A stretch of 35,244 nt of DNA from Prochlorothrix sp. (GTDB lineage Bacteria > Cyanobacteriota > Cyanobacteriia > Prochlorotrichales > Prochlorotrichaceae). Each line of letters starts with the position of its first letter. Position 1 is the stretch's first letter. Positions 20,140 through 31,594 of the stretch are shown in pieces. Location of the stretch: NCBI GenBank assembly GCA_049452395.1, contig JBMTWK010000001.1:1-35244 (forward strand). Direction: 5' to 3'. A program made the position numbers and the translations under genes. Under the pieces are notes generated by a model. That model saw only the letters and a program-made list of their open reading frames with translations. It was not told the origin of the DNA and searched no databases.

Positions 20140-20148
20140 TGATATGAT
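20140..20148 (+). promoter_or_regulatory. Putative extended -10 promoter of the atp operon
   Basis: TGaTATGAT in AT-rich sequence upstream of atp1. Confidence 0.45.
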
Positions 20149-20272
20149 GGCCACTGGCCTAGGACATTAAAACTTTTGGAAATCCGAAGGGGTTGTGAGT
20201 TGGAATTTACCCGATCTTGCAGCCAAAGCGTCCGCACATAGGCCACTGGCGTTGACTGGTGTTTCGGAGTTT

Positions 20273-20746
20273 GTGAGCTTGGCCGACCCTGAGGTGACCC
20301 CTTCCCTAGACAAGCCAGAACCTAGCCCTGAAGCAGACCCTCTGGTCTCCCCCAAGGACTCCCAAGAGGCTGATTCTGTCGCTAGTTCTGAGGATGCCAT
20401 GGCGGACTACTACGCCCTGCAACAGGAGCTGTTTCTGACCACCTTAGCCATCACAGCTATCGTCTTAGTCAGCACCTGGTGGTTCTATGGCCAATACACG
20501 GCCTTGAGCTACCTCCTGGGCGCTTGTACAGGTTTGGTTTATCTCCGGCTGTTAGCTCGCAACGTTGGACGACTCAGCGATGCTGGCCAGTCCACAGGCG
20601 GACAAACCCGGCTTGCCTTGATTGCAGGTCTGGTTATCGTCGCAACGCGCTGGGATCAGCTTGAGTTTCTGCCCGTCTTTCTAGGATTTCTCACCTACAA
20701 GGCAGCGCTCATTGTTTACACCCTCCGCATCACCCTCGTACCCTGA
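20273..20746 (+). CDS. atpI: ATP synthase protein I (Atp1/UncI)
   Basis: DYYALQQEL, YLRLLARNV, FLGFLTYKAAL; first gene of the atp operon; start uncertain (GTG 20273 chosen, alternatives 20195 and ATG 20399). Confidence 0.85.
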   Translation: MSLADPEVTPSLDKPEPSPEADPLVSPKDSQEADSVASSEDAMADYYALQQELFLTTLAITAIVLVSTWWFYGQYTALSYLLGACTGLVYLRLLARNVGRLSDAGQSTGGQTRLALIAGLVIVATRWDQLEFLPVFLGFLTYKAALIVYTLRITLVP

Positions 20747-20863
20747 CAGATTTCTTAGAAAACTGGGGTAAAGGTTGCTACAAGATTGCAATTGCGATCG
20801 CCCTAATGCAGATCCTGAACGCTTTGTTTTCAACAAGCCTGATGGCGATGGAGTAACCCTTTC

Positions 20864-21622
20864 ATGACCATCCCAACGCTCTTTAACACTAATCTTATTC
20901 TGCCCCTCGCCGAGCTAGAAGTGGGGGAACACTTCTACTGGGAGATTGGCAGTTTGCGCCTCCACGGCCAAGTGCTTCTAACCTCTTGGTTTGTGATTGT
21001 AGCGCTGCTGCTCCTTTCAGTACTAGCTGGCCGGAACCTTCAGCGGGTTCCCAGTGGGCTACAGAACATGATGGAGTATGTTCTGGACTTTATTCGGGAT
21101 CTCACGAAGACCCAAATTGGTGAAAAAGAGTATCGTGCTTGGGTACCGTTTGTTGGTACCTTATTTTTGTTTATCTTTTTCTCAAATTGGTCTGGTGCCC
21201 TGATTCCCTGGAAGCTAATTGAGCTACCGGAAGGGGAATTAGCCGCTCCTACGAGTGATATCAATACCACAGTTGCCCTTGCGCTGCTAACTTCTCTGGC
21301 TTATTTTTATGCAGGTTTTAGCCGTAAAGGACTGGGTTATTTTAGCAACTACATTCATCCAACCCCGATCATGTTGCCCTTCAAGATTTTGGAGGACTTC
21401 ACGAAGCCCCTATCTCTGAGCTTCCGTCTTTTCGGGAACATTTTGGCCGATGAGTTGGTAGTTGCGGTACTCGTACTGCTGGTCCCCCTCTTTGTTCCGC
21501 TTCCGGCAATGGTCCTGGGGCTGTTTACCAGTGCGATCCAAGCCTTGATCTTCGCAACCCTAGCCGCGTCCTACATTGGAGAGGCTATGGAAGAGCATGG
21601 CGAAGAAGGACACCATGAATAA
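20864..21622 (+). CDS. atpB: ATP synthase F0 subunit a (cyanobacterial atpI)
   Basis: [40 protein letters not shown]. Confidence 0.98.
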   Translation: MTIPTLFNTNLILPLAELEVGEHFYWEIGSLRLHGQVLLTSWFVIVALLLLSVLAGRNLQRVPSGLQNMMEYVLDFIRDLTKTQIGEKEYRAWVPFVGTLFLFIFFSNWSGALIPWKLIELPEGELAAPTSDINTTVALALLTSLAYFYAGFSRKGLGYFSNYIHPTPIMLPFKILEDFTKPLSLSFRLFGNILADELVVAVLVLLVPLFVPLPAMVLGLFTSAIQALIFATLAASYIGEAMEEHGEEGHHE

Positions 21623-22006
<384 letters not shown>

Positions 22007-22234
22007 TTAGCCTTTAACGTAGCCCGTTAACAGTGCAGCTTGTGGCTACCAGCCGGTGGGGTTGGGGTTGTGGCGGATTAAGGCTCTGGATCTCTCTAAG
22101 TCCCCTGGGCTTGATCTTGGAGTTTCTCTCTGCCACAACCTCACGATTAAACCGGTGGTAGCTAAACCGATGCCTGTACCCCGATCGCGCAAAAGGCTCC
22201 TAGTCACTGACCCGATTTTCAACCCGTTAAAAAC

Positions 22235-22729
22235 ATGATTTTGCAAACAGCATTCTTGCTAGCCGCCGAGGCGGCTGCCGAAGTTGCTGAAGGGCCAGAG
22301 GGTGGATTGTTTGACCTGAACGCAACTCTGCCACTGATTGCGATTCAAACCGTTGTGCTTGTTGCCCTCCTGAATAAGGTTTTCTATGAGCCGTTCAGTA
22401 AGGTCATTGACGATCGCAACGATTACATCCGCACCACTCGTCTTTCCGCCCAAGAGCAACTAGCCCACGCGAAGCAACTGGCTCACCAGTACGATCAAGA
22501 ACTGGCCAGCACCCGCAAGCAATCCCAGACCATTCTGATGGAAGCCCAGGCAGAAGCTCAAAAGATTGCAGCCGAGCAGATGGCAGCCGCTCAGCGGGAA
22601 GCCCAACAGCAGCGGGAAAGTGCCCAATCTGAGATTGAAGCGCAAAAAAGTGCTGCCTTGCAATCCTTGGAAAAGGAAGTTGATGGTCTGAGCCGTCAGA
22701 TTCTAGAAAAGTTGATTGGGGCTTGCTAG
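22235..22729 (+). CDS. atpF2: ATP synthase F0 subunit b' (cyanobacterial atpG)
   Basis: [13 protein letters not shown]-terminal TM, coiled coil; position in operon. Confidence 0.93.
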   Translation: MILQTAFLLAAEAAAEVAEGPEGGLFDLNATLPLIAIQTVVLVALLNKVFYEPFSKVIDDRNDYIRTTRLSAQEQLAHAKQLAHQYDQELASTRKQSQTILMEAQAEAQKIAAEQMAAAQREAQQQRESAQSEIEAQKSAALQSLEKEVDGLSRQILEKLIGAC

Positions 22730-22831
22730 GGTCGCCACCCTGTGGAGTACGGGTGGAATTCCACGGGAGACCACTCGGCTATCTGTCCACTCGGTGTATA
22801 GGTGTCATTGACAGGTTTTGGATCAAAAATC

Positions 22832-23365
22832 ATGGATATTTTGGGATTGCTGGCCACCGCAGCAGAGGTTGAGGAACGGGGCTTTGGTCTCAACTTCGAT
22901 ATTTTAGAAACTAACCTCATTAACTTGGCCATTATTGTGGCTTTGCTGATTTATGGGGGACGCAACTTCCTCGGCAATATTTTGTCGGAACGTAAGTCTG
23001 CCATTGAAGCAGAGTTGGCGGAAGTTGAACAGAAAAACAAAGACGCACAGGCTGCTCTGGCTGTTCAGCAAGACAAGCTAGCCCAAGCCAAGGCTGAGGC
23101 CGATCGCATGATTGCCACCGCCCACGCCAATGCGAAGGTTGCCCGTGAGGCTATTCTGGCCCAGGCAGCCCAAGATGTGGAGCGGATGAAAGCCTCTGCG
23201 GCCCAGGATCTTAACGCGGAGCAGGAGCGGGCGATTGCCCAACTGCGTCAGCGGGTGGTGACCTTGGCGCTTCAGGAGGCGGAAGCTAAAGCTGCTCAGC
23301 AGTTGGATGGGTCTGCCCAGCGCAAGCTCATCGATCGCAGTCTTGCTATGCTTGGAGGTCGCTAA
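22832..23365 (+). CDS. atpF: ATP synthase F0 subunit b
   Basis: [19 protein letters not shown], coiled coil; start at ATG 22832 (alternative 22802). Confidence 0.95.
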   Translation: MDILGLLATAAEVEERGFGLNFDILETNLINLAIIVALLIYGGRNFLGNILSERKSAIEAELAEVEQKNKDAQAALAVQQDKLAQAKAEADRMIATAHANAKVAREAILAQAAQDVERMKASAAQDLNAEQERAIAQLRQRVVTLALQEAEAKAAQQLDGSAQRKLIDRSLAMLGGR

Positions 23366-23919
23366 TGCCACGTGCAGTTACAGCAGAGATTTTAGAGCCG
23401 TATGCTGAGGCGTTGATGGCCTTGGCCCAGGCACAAAATTTAACCGATCGCTTCGGCGAGGAAATTGCCGATCTGCTCAAGCTTTTGGAAGAGTCTCCGG
23501 AATTGCGGCAATTTTTTGCCAGCCCGGTCTACTCGACCCAGCGCAAGAAGGCCGTGGTTCGCCAAGCCTTTGAGGGTAAGCTTCATCCCCTGATGCTGAA
23601 CTTCCTGCTGCTCCTCGTCGATCGCCAGCGCATTGCTTTTGTGGATGGGATTGGTGCCCACTACCAAAGCCTCTTGCGTGCCCTGAAGAAGATTGAACTG
23701 GCGGAAGTGACCGCTGCGGTTGAGCTGTCTTCTGAGCAAGAGCAAGCCGTCAAAGAGAAGGTCAAGGCGATGACCGGGGCTAGCTCGGTTGAGCTGAAGG
23801 TCATTCTGGATCCGGCCATTATTGGCGGAGTCATTATCAAAGTCGGTTCCCAGGTGCTGGATGCCAGCATTCGGGGCCAGTTGCGCCGGATTGGGGTTTC
23901 CCTCGGTCGGGCTGCGTAG
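23365..23919 (+). CDS. atpH: ATP synthase F1 delta subunit (cyanobacterial atpD)
   Basis: EPYAEAL, NFLLLLVD..R, DPAIIGGVIIKVGSQVLDAS; TAATG stop/start overlap with atpF. Confidence 0.96.
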   Translation: MPRAVTAEILEPYAEALMALAQAQNLTDRFGEEIADLLKLLEESPELRQFFASPVYSTQRKKAVVRQAFEGKLHPLMLNFLLLLVDRQRIAFVDGIGAHYQSLLRALKKIELAEVTAAVELSSEQEQAVKEKVKAMTGASSVELKVILDPAIIGGVIIKVGSQVLDASIRGQLRRIGVSLGRAA

Positions 23920-24048
23920 GGGAACGGAACACCAGTCCTGGGCAGCGATCGCGGCACCAACTTCCCCATCCTTGTCTTAGGCTTTCCTCTCCCCCCGGAT
24001 TTATTTCACCCTTTACCCGATTCCTTACGTCGTTGAAGAACAAATCCT

Positions 24049-25566
24049 ATGGTAAGTATCAGACCCGACGAAATTAGCAGCATTATTCGTCAGCAGATTG
24101 AACAATACAGCGAAGACGTTAAAGTTTCCAACGTGGGAACCGTCCTCCAGGTGGGAGACGGGATTGCGCGGATCTATGGCCTAGAGCAGGCTATGGCTGG
24201 GGAACTTCTAGAGTTTGAGGATGGCACCATTGGTATTGCCCTCAACCTAGAAGAAGACAACGTCGGTGCAGTGTTGATGGGCGAAGGTCTCAAGATCCAA
24301 GAGGGCAGCACGGTCAAGTCCACGGGCCGTATTGCTGAGGTGCCCGTGGGGGATAACTTCCTCGGTCGTGTGGTCAACCCCCTCGGTGAGCCGATCGATG
24401 GCAAGGGTGACATTGCCACCACAGAAACCCGCTTGCTGGAGTCGGTGGCCCCCGGCATTATTGCCCGTCGCTCGGTCTATGAGCCGCTGCAAACCGGGAT
24501 CACCGCCATTGATGCCATGATTCCCATCGGTCGGGGTCAGCGGGAGCTGATCATTGGAGACCGTCAAACCGGCAAGACCGCGATCGCCATTGACACCATC
24601 ATCAACCAGAAGAGCGAAGATGTGGTTTGTGTCTATGTGGCCGTCGGTCAGAAGGCTTCCTCCGTGGCCCAAACCGTCGAAGTGCTGCGGGAACGCGGTG
24701 CCCTAGACTACACGATCGTCGTTGCTGCCAACGCCAGTGACCCCGCCACCCTCCAGTACCTGGCTCCCTATGCCGGTGCGGCCTTGGCGGAATACTTCAT
24801 GTACAAGGGCAAAGCCACCCTGGTGGTCTACGATGACCTCAGTAAGCAAGCCGCAGCCTACCGTCAAATGTCCCTGCTGCTGCGCCGTCCCCCCGGTCGT
24901 GAAGCCTATCCTGGGGATGTGTTCTACTTGCACTCCCGTTTGCTGGAGCGGGCTGCCAAGCTCAACGATGCCCTCGGTGGCGGTAGCATGACTGCCCTGC
25001 CGGTGATCGAAACCCAGGCCGGTGACGTGTCTGCCTACGTTCCCACCAACGTAATTTCCATTACCGACGGTCAGATCTTCCTCTCCTCTGACCTCTTTAA
25101 CTCCGGTCTCCGTCCTGCCATTAACGTCGGGATCTCCGTGTCCCGTGTGGGTTCTGCGGCCCAGACCAAAGCCATTAAGAAGGTGGCCGGTCGCCTCAAG
25201 CTGGAACTGGCTCAGTTCGATGAACTGGCTGCTTTCTCCCAGTTTGCCTCCGATTTGGACAAAGCCACCCAGTTGCAACTGTCGCGGGGTCAGCGTCTGC
25301 GCGAGCTGCTGAAGCAAGCCCAGTACACCCCCCTCTCCCTGGCGGAGCAGGTGGCAGTGGTCTATGCCGGGGTTAATGGTCTGCTGGATGAGGTGCCTCT
25401 GGATAAGGTCACCGAATTCACCAAGATGCTGCGGGAAACCCTCAAGACCACCGGTGCTAGCTTTGTGGAAGAAGTGCAGTCCACCAAGAAGCTGGAAGCT
25501 GAGGCTGAAGCAACCCTCAAGAAGCTCATTGCCGAGTGTACTCAAAACCTGTTGGCGGCTGCCTAA
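24049..25566 (+). CDS. atpA: ATP synthase F1 alpha subunit
   Basis: GDGIAR, Walker [31 protein letters not shown]. Confidence 0.99.
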   Translation: MVSIRPDEISSIIRQQIEQYSEDVKVSNVGTVLQVGDGIARIYGLEQAMAGELLEFEDGTIGIALNLEEDNVGAVLMGEGLKIQEGSTVKSTGRIAEVPVGDNFLGRVVNPLGEPIDGKGDIATTETRLLESVAPGIIARRSVYEPLQTGITAIDAMIPIGRGQRELIIGDRQTGKTAIAIDTIINQKSEDVVCVYVAVGQKASSVAQTVEVLRERGALDYTIVVAANASDPATLQYLAPYAGAALAEYFMYKGKATLVVYDDLSKQAAAYRQMSLLLRRPPGREAYPGDVFYLHSRLLERAAKLNDALGGGSMTALPVIETQAGDVSAYVPTNVISITDGQIFLSSDLFNSGLRPAINVGISVSRVGSAAQTKAIKKVAGRLKLELAQFDELAAFSQFASDLDKATQLQLSRGQRLRELLKQAQYTPLSLAEQVAVVYAGVNGLLDEVPLDKVTEFTKMLRETLKTTGASFVEEVQSTKKLEAEAEATLKKLIAECTQNLLAAA

Positions 25567-25596
25567 ACCTGACCCCACAGTAAGGGGAGTTTGTCC

Positions 25597-25655
25597 GTAG
25601 GGGTAGTGCCCCCGTGCCTACCCCGTTGGGGGTTCACCACGGGGGGATTGCCCCT
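25597..25655. repeat. Inverted pair of family-A GTAG REP palindromes between atpA and the gamma gene
   Basis: GTAGGGGTAGTGCCCCCGTGCCTACCCC facing CCACGGGGGGATTGCCCCT (reverse complement of the 31467 copy). Confidence 0.72.
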
Positions 25656-25790
25656 CGTTTTTTATCCCCCTGGTCTTGATTCTGTCGGTTCCCAACCCCT
25701 TGCTCCCCTGACCTCAGCTTTACAGCCCCTGGCTTTACGGCGTTTCCCTCGCCGTTCTCCTGCGCAGCCCCTCCGAGAAGGAACTCAACT

Positions 25791-26741
25791 ATGGCAAACC
25801 TAAAAGCGATTCGCGATCGAATTCAGTCCGTTAAAAATACTCGCAAAATCACCGAGGCCATGCGTCTGGTGGCTGCTGCCCGGGTGCGTCGTGCCCAGGA
25901 GCAGGTGCTCAATACCCGTCCCTTTGCCGATCGCTTGGCCCAGGTGCTCCACGGCCTCCAAGCCCGTCTCCGCTTTGAAGAAGCAGATCTGCCCCTGCTC
26001 AAAACCCGCGAAGTTAAGACCGTGGGTCTATTGGTGGTGTCGGGCGATCGGGGTCTGTGCGGTGCCTACAACAGCAACGTGATCCGTCGGGCCGAGAACC
26101 GCGCCAAGGAATTGACCGCCGAGGGGGTCAATTACAAAATGGTGATTGTGGGCCGCAAAGCGCTGCAATACTTCAATCGCCGCGAATATCCCATCCTCTC
26201 CAACTACACCAACTTGGAGCAGGTTCCCACCGCAGCGGAAGCCTCCCAAATTGCGGACGAGATTCTCTCGCTGTTCCTGTCCGATGGGGTCGATCGGGTT
26301 GAGCTAATTTACACCAAGTTTGTCTCCCTGGTTAGCTCCCGTCCTGTGATCCAAACCCTGCTGCCCCTGACCCCCCAAGGTCTGGAAGTCAGCGATGATG
26401 AGCTGTTCCGCCTCACCACCCGCGATGGCCACTTTGAGGTGGAGCGCAATAAGGTGACGATCGAGGACAAGCCCCTGCCCCGCGACATGATCTTTGAACA
26501 GGATCCGGTGCAAATTCTCAATGCGCTCCTGCCCCTGTATCTGAATAATCAACTGCTGCGGGCGTTGCAGGAATCTGCGGCCAGCGAGTTAGCAGCCCGG
26601 ATGACGGCTATGAATAACGCCAGCGATAACGCCAGCGATCTGATCAAGTCCCTCACGCTGTCCTACAACAAGGCGCGTCAGGCCGCGATTACCCAGCAGA
26701 TTCTGGAAGTGGCGGGGGGTGCCGAAGCGCTGTCCTCCTAA
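25791..26741 (+). CDS. atpG: ATP synthase F1 gamma subunit (cyanobacterial atpC)
   Basis: [41 protein letters not shown]. Confidence 0.98.
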   Translation: MANLKAIRDRIQSVKNTRKITEAMRLVAAARVRRAQEQVLNTRPFADRLAQVLHGLQARLRFEEADLPLLKTREVKTVGLLVVSGDRGLCGAYNSNVIRRAENRAKELTAEGVNYKMVIVGRKALQYFNRREYPILSNYTNLEQVPTAAEASQIADEILSLFLSDGVDRVELIYTKFVSLVSSRPVIQTLLPLTPQGLEVSDDELFRLTTRDGHFEVERNKVTIEDKPLPRDMIFEQDPVQILNALLPLYLNNQLLRALQESAASELAARMTAMNNASDNASDLIKSLTLSYNKARQAAITQQILEVAGGAEALSS

Positions 26742-26790
26742 GCTTTTCCGGAATCCCTCCTGGGGATTCTCGATCGGGTTCCGATGACAC

Positions 26791-26820
26791 AAGGCGTGCC
26801 TCCGGGTGCGCCTTTGGTTT
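26791..26820 (+). terminator. Probable intrinsic terminator of the atp operon
   Basis: AAGGCGTGCC-TCCG-GGTGCGCCTT 10-bp stem with two G-U pairs, followed by TGGTTT. Confidence 0.55.
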
Positions 26821-26853
26821 GGGCATTGGGGATCCGACGGTCCTAGGCAGGGC

Positions 26854-26862
26854 TGCTATATT
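26854..26862 (+). promoter_or_regulatory. Putative extended -10 for clpS
   Basis: TGcTATATT about 65 bp upstream of the GTG start. Confidence 0.4.
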
Positions 26863-26925
26863 AAGAAATGTCTAGGTTTTTTTAGTCCCTTGCTCACCGA
26901 TCGCCTAATCCAGAGGTAACGTACC

Positions 26926-27213
26926 GTGTCTGTCCAAACGATCGCAAAGCCGTCTACTTCAACGGTTCGGAAAATTGCCCCGCGCTATCGGGTTTTGCTC
27001 CACAACGATGATTTCAATCCGATGGAGTATGTGGTGCAGGTGCTGATCCAAACCGTCCCCAGTCTGACCCAGCCCCAAGCGGTCAACATCATGATGGAGG
27101 CCCATGAAAACGGGCTAGCCTTGGTCATCACCTGCGATTTAGAACCCGCAGAGTTTTATTGTGAAACCCTGAAGGCCCATGGTTTAACCAGCACGATCGA
27201 ACCCGATGAGTAA
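26926..27213 (+). CDS. clpS: ATP-dependent Clp protease adaptor ClpS
   Basis: YRVLLHNDDFNPMEYVV, MMEAH..G.ALV, AEFYCE.L; GTG start with GAGG RBS. Confidence 0.95.
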   Translation: MSVQTIAKPSTSTVRKIAPRYRVLLHNDDFNPMEYVVQVLIQTVPSLTQPQAVNIMMEAHENGLALVITCDLEPAEFYCETLKAHGLTSTIEPDE

Positions 27214-27279
27214 CCCGCTGCGATCTCAGTTCAGCCGCAACGGTAAAGTAGGCATTGCCTACCTTATTTCCATTCACCC

Positions 27280-28161
27280 ATGAAAGCAAAATTGGCTGCT
27301 ACACGATTGGCCGCTGCCAAACTGACTGCCTTTGTGACCCTCCGGTTTGAGCAATTTCAACCGGCTCCCTTTCCAGGCCGCTTGCTCTTATTTTTGGGCA
27401 GTTTAGCTTGGCTGTGGTTGCCCTTGGGTTTGCCGATCGTGCTGCTGGTGCCAGACCCAGACTGGCAGAGTATTTTGGCGCTGGGCTGGCTCTATGGGCT
27501 GTTTGTGGCGATCGCGCGGCGCTGGGGGCGGCGGGTCTGGGGCAAATCCCGAATTTTGCAGCACTATGGGCTGGTGTGGACGGGGCAGGCACTGCGGGAG
27601 CTAGCTTTAGGCTGGTTATTGGGCAGTCTTTTGGTCTTTTTGCTGTTTGGTGTACAGGGAATTTTAGGCTGGGCACAGTGGCAGGTACCCGGTGCGGCGT
27701 TTGGGCGCATTGTGTTGGAAGGGCTAGCGGTGGCGCTGGGGATTGGGTTTGCGGAGGAGTTGTTTTTTCGGGGTTGGTTTTTGGATGAGTTGGAGCGGGA
27801 TTATGGGTGGCTGGGTGGCCTAGGGTTAAGTAGTTTGGTGTTTGCGATCGTCCATTTTCTCAAGCCCTGGTCAGAAATTCTCCGCACCTTTCCCCAATTT
27901 CCGGGCCTGTTTCTTTTGGGTTGTGCGTTGGTTTTGGGCAAGCGATCGTGCCAGGGCCGCATGGGCATTAATGTCGGCATCCATGGCGGTTTGGTCTGGG
28001 CCTATTATTTAGTCGTAGTGGGCAATTTAAGCCAGTCTTTAAAGGTGGTTCCCCAATGGATTACGGGCATTGATAACAATCCTTTGGCAGGGGTAATGGG
28101 ACTGTTGGGGCTGGGAAGTTTGGTGGTGTTGTTTCAGCAGCGATCGATCGCGAAACATTAA
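27280..28161 (+). CDS. CPBP (CAAX protease/Abi) family intramembrane metalloprotease
   Basis: Multiple TM segments, EELFFRG, FAIVH, HGG motifs. Confidence 0.9.
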   Translation: MKAKLAATRLAAAKLTAFVTLRFEQFQPAPFPGRLLLFLGSLAWLWLPLGLPIVLLVPDPDWQSILALGWLYGLFVAIARRWGRRVWGKSRILQHYGLVWTGQALRELALGWLLGSLLVFLLFGVQGILGWAQWQVPGAAFGRIVLEGLAVALGIGFAEELFFRGWFLDELERDYGWLGGLGLSSLVFAIVHFLKPWSEILRTFPQFPGLFLLGCALVLGKRSCQGRMGINVGIHGGLVWAYYLVVVGNLSQSLKVVPQWITGIDNNPLAGVMGLLGLGSLVVLFQQRSIAKH

Positions 28162-28250
28162 CGACGGGCGAGAACAAATCAAGAACCGTGGTTTCTGATC
28201 CACCATAGCCAGAATTGTGAAGCTTAAGGACCAGAAACCGGGGTTGTGCC

Positions 28251-28373
28251 CTCGTTCCCACGCTCTGCGTGGGAATGCCTCCCCGGACGCTCTGCGTCCA
28301 GTCCTAGACTCACCCTCAGTCAGGACGCTGGAGCGTCTGCTCAGGAGTTCCCACGCCGGAGCATGGGAACCAG
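28251..28373. repeat. Nested four-hairpin REPIN/MITE-like element (family C)
   Basis: TTCCCACGC-TCT-GCGTGGGAA; GGACGC-TCT-GCGTCC; GACGCT-GG-AGCGTC; GTTCCCACGC-CGGA-GCATGGGAAC; outer and inner pairs are inverted copies of each other. Confidence 0.75.
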
Positions 28374-28572
28374 GTATCGACTCCCTCGACCCAACCCTGA
28401 AAGCTTCTGCTCTAGCCCCTGATAGCCCCCACGCCCCAAAGCACTTCCGCCAACCCCAGCCCCAACTCAAACAGCATGACCATTTTGTGCGCCTTTCACC
28501 ATGTTGCCTTTGCGCTTGGCTCAGGTTTAGGGCATCGGGCTGGGTCTCAGCCCCCTCATCAGGGGTAAAGAA

Positions 28573-28581
28573 TGGTAAAAT
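28573..28581 (+). promoter_or_regulatory. Putative extended -10 for gyrA
   Basis: TGgTAAAAT about 190 bp upstream of the start. Confidence 0.4.
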
Positions 28582-28768
28582 ATACTCAGAAGCTTACATT
28601 TGAGTCCTAGGCATAAAATCTAGAGAAACCCTTAAAAAGAGCGGCAAAACAGCAACAGTTTCAGGCCGCTTTTACTATCTAATCCCATCTACAACCCGTC
28701 TGCCTTGGGGCCGTTTCATCCTGATTTGTCCCTGAGAGGACTTCACTGGTTTGGAGTTTTGATCGATT

Positions 28769-31441
28769 ATGAGCACTTCCCAAGAGCGGATTATTCTCAC
28801 TGATCTGCGCAACGAAATGTCCCGATCCTACCTGGAATACGCCATGAGCGTGATTGTGGGGCGGGCATTGCCCGATGCACGGGATGGACTCAAACCCGTT
28901 CACCGCCGCATTTTGTACGCCATGTATGAATTGGGGCTGACCCCCGATCGGCCCTTCCGCAAATGCGCCCGCGTCGTTGGGGAAGTGCTAGGGAAATATC
29001 ACCCCCACGGCGATACAGCAGTTTACGATGCCTTGGTGCGCATGGCCCAGGATTTCTCCATGCGATCGCCCCTCATCGACGGCCATGGGAACTTTGGCTC
29101 GATCGACAACGATCCCCCCGCCGCCATGCGTTACACCGAGTGTCGCCTCCAGTCCCTGGCGACAGAGGCGATGTTGGCGGATATTGAAGCCGATACGGTT
29201 AATTATATCGATAACTTCGACGGTTCCCAGCAGGAACCCGTTGTTATGCCCGCCCGCGTGCCCCAGCTTTTGCTCAATGGCTCTTCTGGCATTGCTGTGG
29301 GCATGGCCACCAATATCCCGCCCCATAACTTGGGGGAACTGATTCAGGGCTTAAAAGCACTGATCGAGAATCCGGATATGACGGATTTGGAGCTAATGCA
29401 GTATATTCCGGCTCCGGACTTCCCCACAGGGGGCCAAATCCTAGGGAGTGCCGGAATTCGGGAGACCTATACCACGGGCCGAGGGTCAGTGACGATGCGA
29501 GGGGTTGCGGCGATCGAAACGATCGAGCACCGAGGACGACCCGATCGTGATGCCATTATCGTCACGGAACTGCCATTTCAAACCAATAAAGCCGCCCTAA
29601 TCGAGAAAATCGCCGAACTCGTCAACGATAAGAAGCTAGAGGGCATTTCTGATATTCGGGACGAGAGCGATCGCGATGGGATGCGCATCGTCATTGAACT
29701 AAAGCGGGATGCCTATCCCCAGGTAGTCCTGAATAATCTCTTTAAGCAAACGCCGCTCCAGAGCAATTTCAGCGCCAATATGCTGGCCTTGGTCAACGGA
29801 GAGCCGCAATTACTGACCCTCAAGCAATTTCTCCAGGTTTTCCTCGATTTCCGCATTGAAACCATTGAACGCCGGACTCGGTTCTTTTTGCGCAAAGCCC
29901 AGGAACGGGATCACCTACTGTTGGGACTGCTAACCGCCCTCGGCCATCTGGATGCGATTATTGCTTTAATTCGGCGATCGGCAGATACCGTTACGGCAAA
30001 ACAAGAACTAGTCGGCTCCTATGACCTCTCAGAAACCCAGGCCGATGCGATTTTGCAAATGCAACTGCGGCGCTTAACCGCCCTGGAAGCAGAGAAGATC
30101 CAGCGAGAGCATGGGGAACTCCAGACGCAAATTGCCGATTACCAAGACATTTTGCAGCGCCGCGAGCGGGTTCTCACCATTATTGGCGAAGAAGTAGACA
30201 CCCTAGCCGCCCAGAAGTTCAACACCCCCCGCCGCACCCTGCTGATTGAGGCCGATGGTTCCCTGGATACGATCGACCTAATCGCCAATGAACGGGCCAT
30301 GATTTTGCTGACAGAGCAGGGCTACATCAAGCGGATGCCCGTCGATACCTTTGAGGCCCAAAACCGGGCCACACGGGGCAAAGCAGGCACGCGCATGAAG
30401 GAAGATGACGCGATCGAGCACTTCCTCACCTGTTGTGACCATGACACGGTGCTGTTCTTTAGCGATCGGGGCGTGGTTTACAGCATTCCCGCCTACAAAA
30501 TCGCCACCGGCTCCCGTAACGCACGGGGAATGCCCATTGTCCAGTTGCTGCCCATCCCCCGCGAAGAACGGATTACGTCGCTGGTCTCAGTGTCGGAGTT
30601 TTCCGATGAAGAATACCTGTTAATGCTGACGCGGGGCGGCTACATCAAGAAAACAGCCCTATCCGCCTTTGCCAATATCCGCGCCAACGGTTTAATCGCC
30701 ATTTCCCTCAATGAAGGGGATGAACTGCGCTGGGTGCGGCGGGTCCATCCGGAGGATTCGGTGCTGATTGGGTCGCGCCAAGGCATGACTATCCATTTCC
30801 AGGCCAGCCATGAACAACTGCGGCCCCTGGGGCGGGCAACCCGTGGCGTAAAGGCCATGAACCTGCGCAATGAGGACTCCCTGATTTCCATGGATGTGAT
30901 CAGCTCCCAGGTGATTGCCCAGATGGAAGCCCAACTGGCCCCGATCGACGACACCGACAGCGACGACGAGACCGAAGACGAAACCCCGGTCCAAACCACC
31001 GGTCCCTGGGCCTTAGTGGTCACGGCCAAGGGCTTAGGCAAGCGGGTTCCCGTCAGTCAGTTCCGGCTCCAGAAGCGGGCGGGCCTGGGTCTGCGGGCAA
31101 TCAAGTTCCGGCAAAAAGGGGATGAGATGGTGGCGCTGTGGGTGGTCTATGAGGGCCAAGAACTGATGATGATCACCAATCGCGGCATCATTATCCGCCA
31201 AGCCGCTGACGATATTCCCCAACAGTCCCGATCGGCCACGGGAGTCCGGGTGCAACGCCTCGACAGTGATGATGCCTTGGCTGCGGTAGCCCTAGTACCC
31301 CTACCCACGGAGTCTGAAGAAACCACCGGGGAAGAAACTCTAGAAACCATTGGGGAAGAAACTCTTGGGGAAGAAGCCATTGGGGAAGAAGCCCCGGTAG
31401 AAGAAACTGCTGAAGAAGAAACGCCTAGCCCAGAGGAATAG
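28769..31441 (+). CDS. gyrA: DNA gyrase subunit A
   Basis: [22 protein letters not shown], catalytic AMRYTE, GyrA-box-like QNRATRGK, beta-pinwheel repeats, acidic tail; no intein. Confidence 0.97.
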   Translation: MSTSQERIILTDLRNEMSRSYLEYAMSVIVGRALPDARDGLKPVHRRILYAMYELGLTPDRPFRKCARVVGEVLGKYHPHGDTAVYDALVRMAQDFSMRSPLIDGHGNFGSIDNDPPAAMRYTECRLQSLATEAMLADIEADTVNYIDNFDGSQQEPVVMPARVPQLLLNGSSGIAVGMATNIPPHNLGELIQGLKALIENPDMTDLELMQYIPAPDFPTGGQILGSAGIRETYTTGRGSVTMRGVAAIETIEHRGRPDRDAIIVTELPFQTNKAALIEKIAELVNDKKLEGISDIRDESDRDGMRIVIELKRDAYPQVVLNNLFKQTPLQSNFSANMLALVNGEPQLLTLKQFLQVFLDFRIETIERRTRFFLRKAQERDHLLLGLLTALGHLDAIIALIRRSADTVTAKQELVGSYDLSETQADAILQMQLRRLTALEAEKIQREHGELQTQIADYQDILQRRERVLTIIGEEVDTLAAQKFNTPRRTLLIEADGSLDTIDLIANERAMILLTEQGYIKRMPVDTFEAQNRATRGKAGTRMKEDDAIEHFLTCCDHDTVLFFSDRGVVYSIPAYKIATGSRNARGMPIVQLLPIPREERITSLVSVSEFSDEEYLLMLTRGGYIKKTALSAFANIRANGLIAISLNEGDELRWVRRVHPEDSVLIGSRQGMTIHFQASHEQLRPLGRATRGVKAMNLRNEDSLISMDVISSQVIAQMEAQLAPIDDTDSDDETEDETPVQTTGPWALVVTAKGLGKRVPVSQFRLQKRAGLGLRAIKFRQKGDEMVALWVVYEGQELMMITNRGIIIRQAADDIPQQSRSATGVRVQRLDSDDALAAVALVPLPTESEETTGEETLETIGEETLGEEAIGEEAPVEETAEEETPSPEE

Positions 31442-31451
31442 GCACTACCGA

Positions 31452-31581
31452 TTCACAGGATGTCAGGTAGGGGCAATCCCCCCGTGGTTGCCCTGGTTTT
31501 GGCCCCTAGCGGGTCGGAATCAATCATTTTCACAGAATGTCAGGTAGGGGCAATCCCCCCGTGGTTGCCCTGGTTTTGGCC
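31452..31581 (+). repeat. 53-bp direct duplication (period 77) containing the family-A GTAG REP
   Basis: ttcacagRatgtcagGTAGGGGCAATCCCCCCGTGGTTGCCCTggttttggcc at 31452-31504 and 31529-31581, one mismatch. Confidence 0.9.
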
Positions 31582-31594
31582 AAGAGGGGAAGAG

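Noticed and set aside
20768-20781. GTA-N8-TAC NtcA-like site between atp1 and subunit a
   Set aside because: Only six fixed bases, so several chance matches are expected in 35 kb; the hexamer 22 bp downstream is TAATGC, not TAN3T
24703-25578. 291-aa antisense ORF over atpA, and similar shadows over aar, CLC and gyrA
   Set aside because: Expected antisense shadow of strongly codon-biased genes; no recognisable motifs
28217-28603. 128-aa and 143-aa ORFs between the CPBP gene and gyrA
   Set aside because: They run through the palindromic element and promoter region and show no protein-like features
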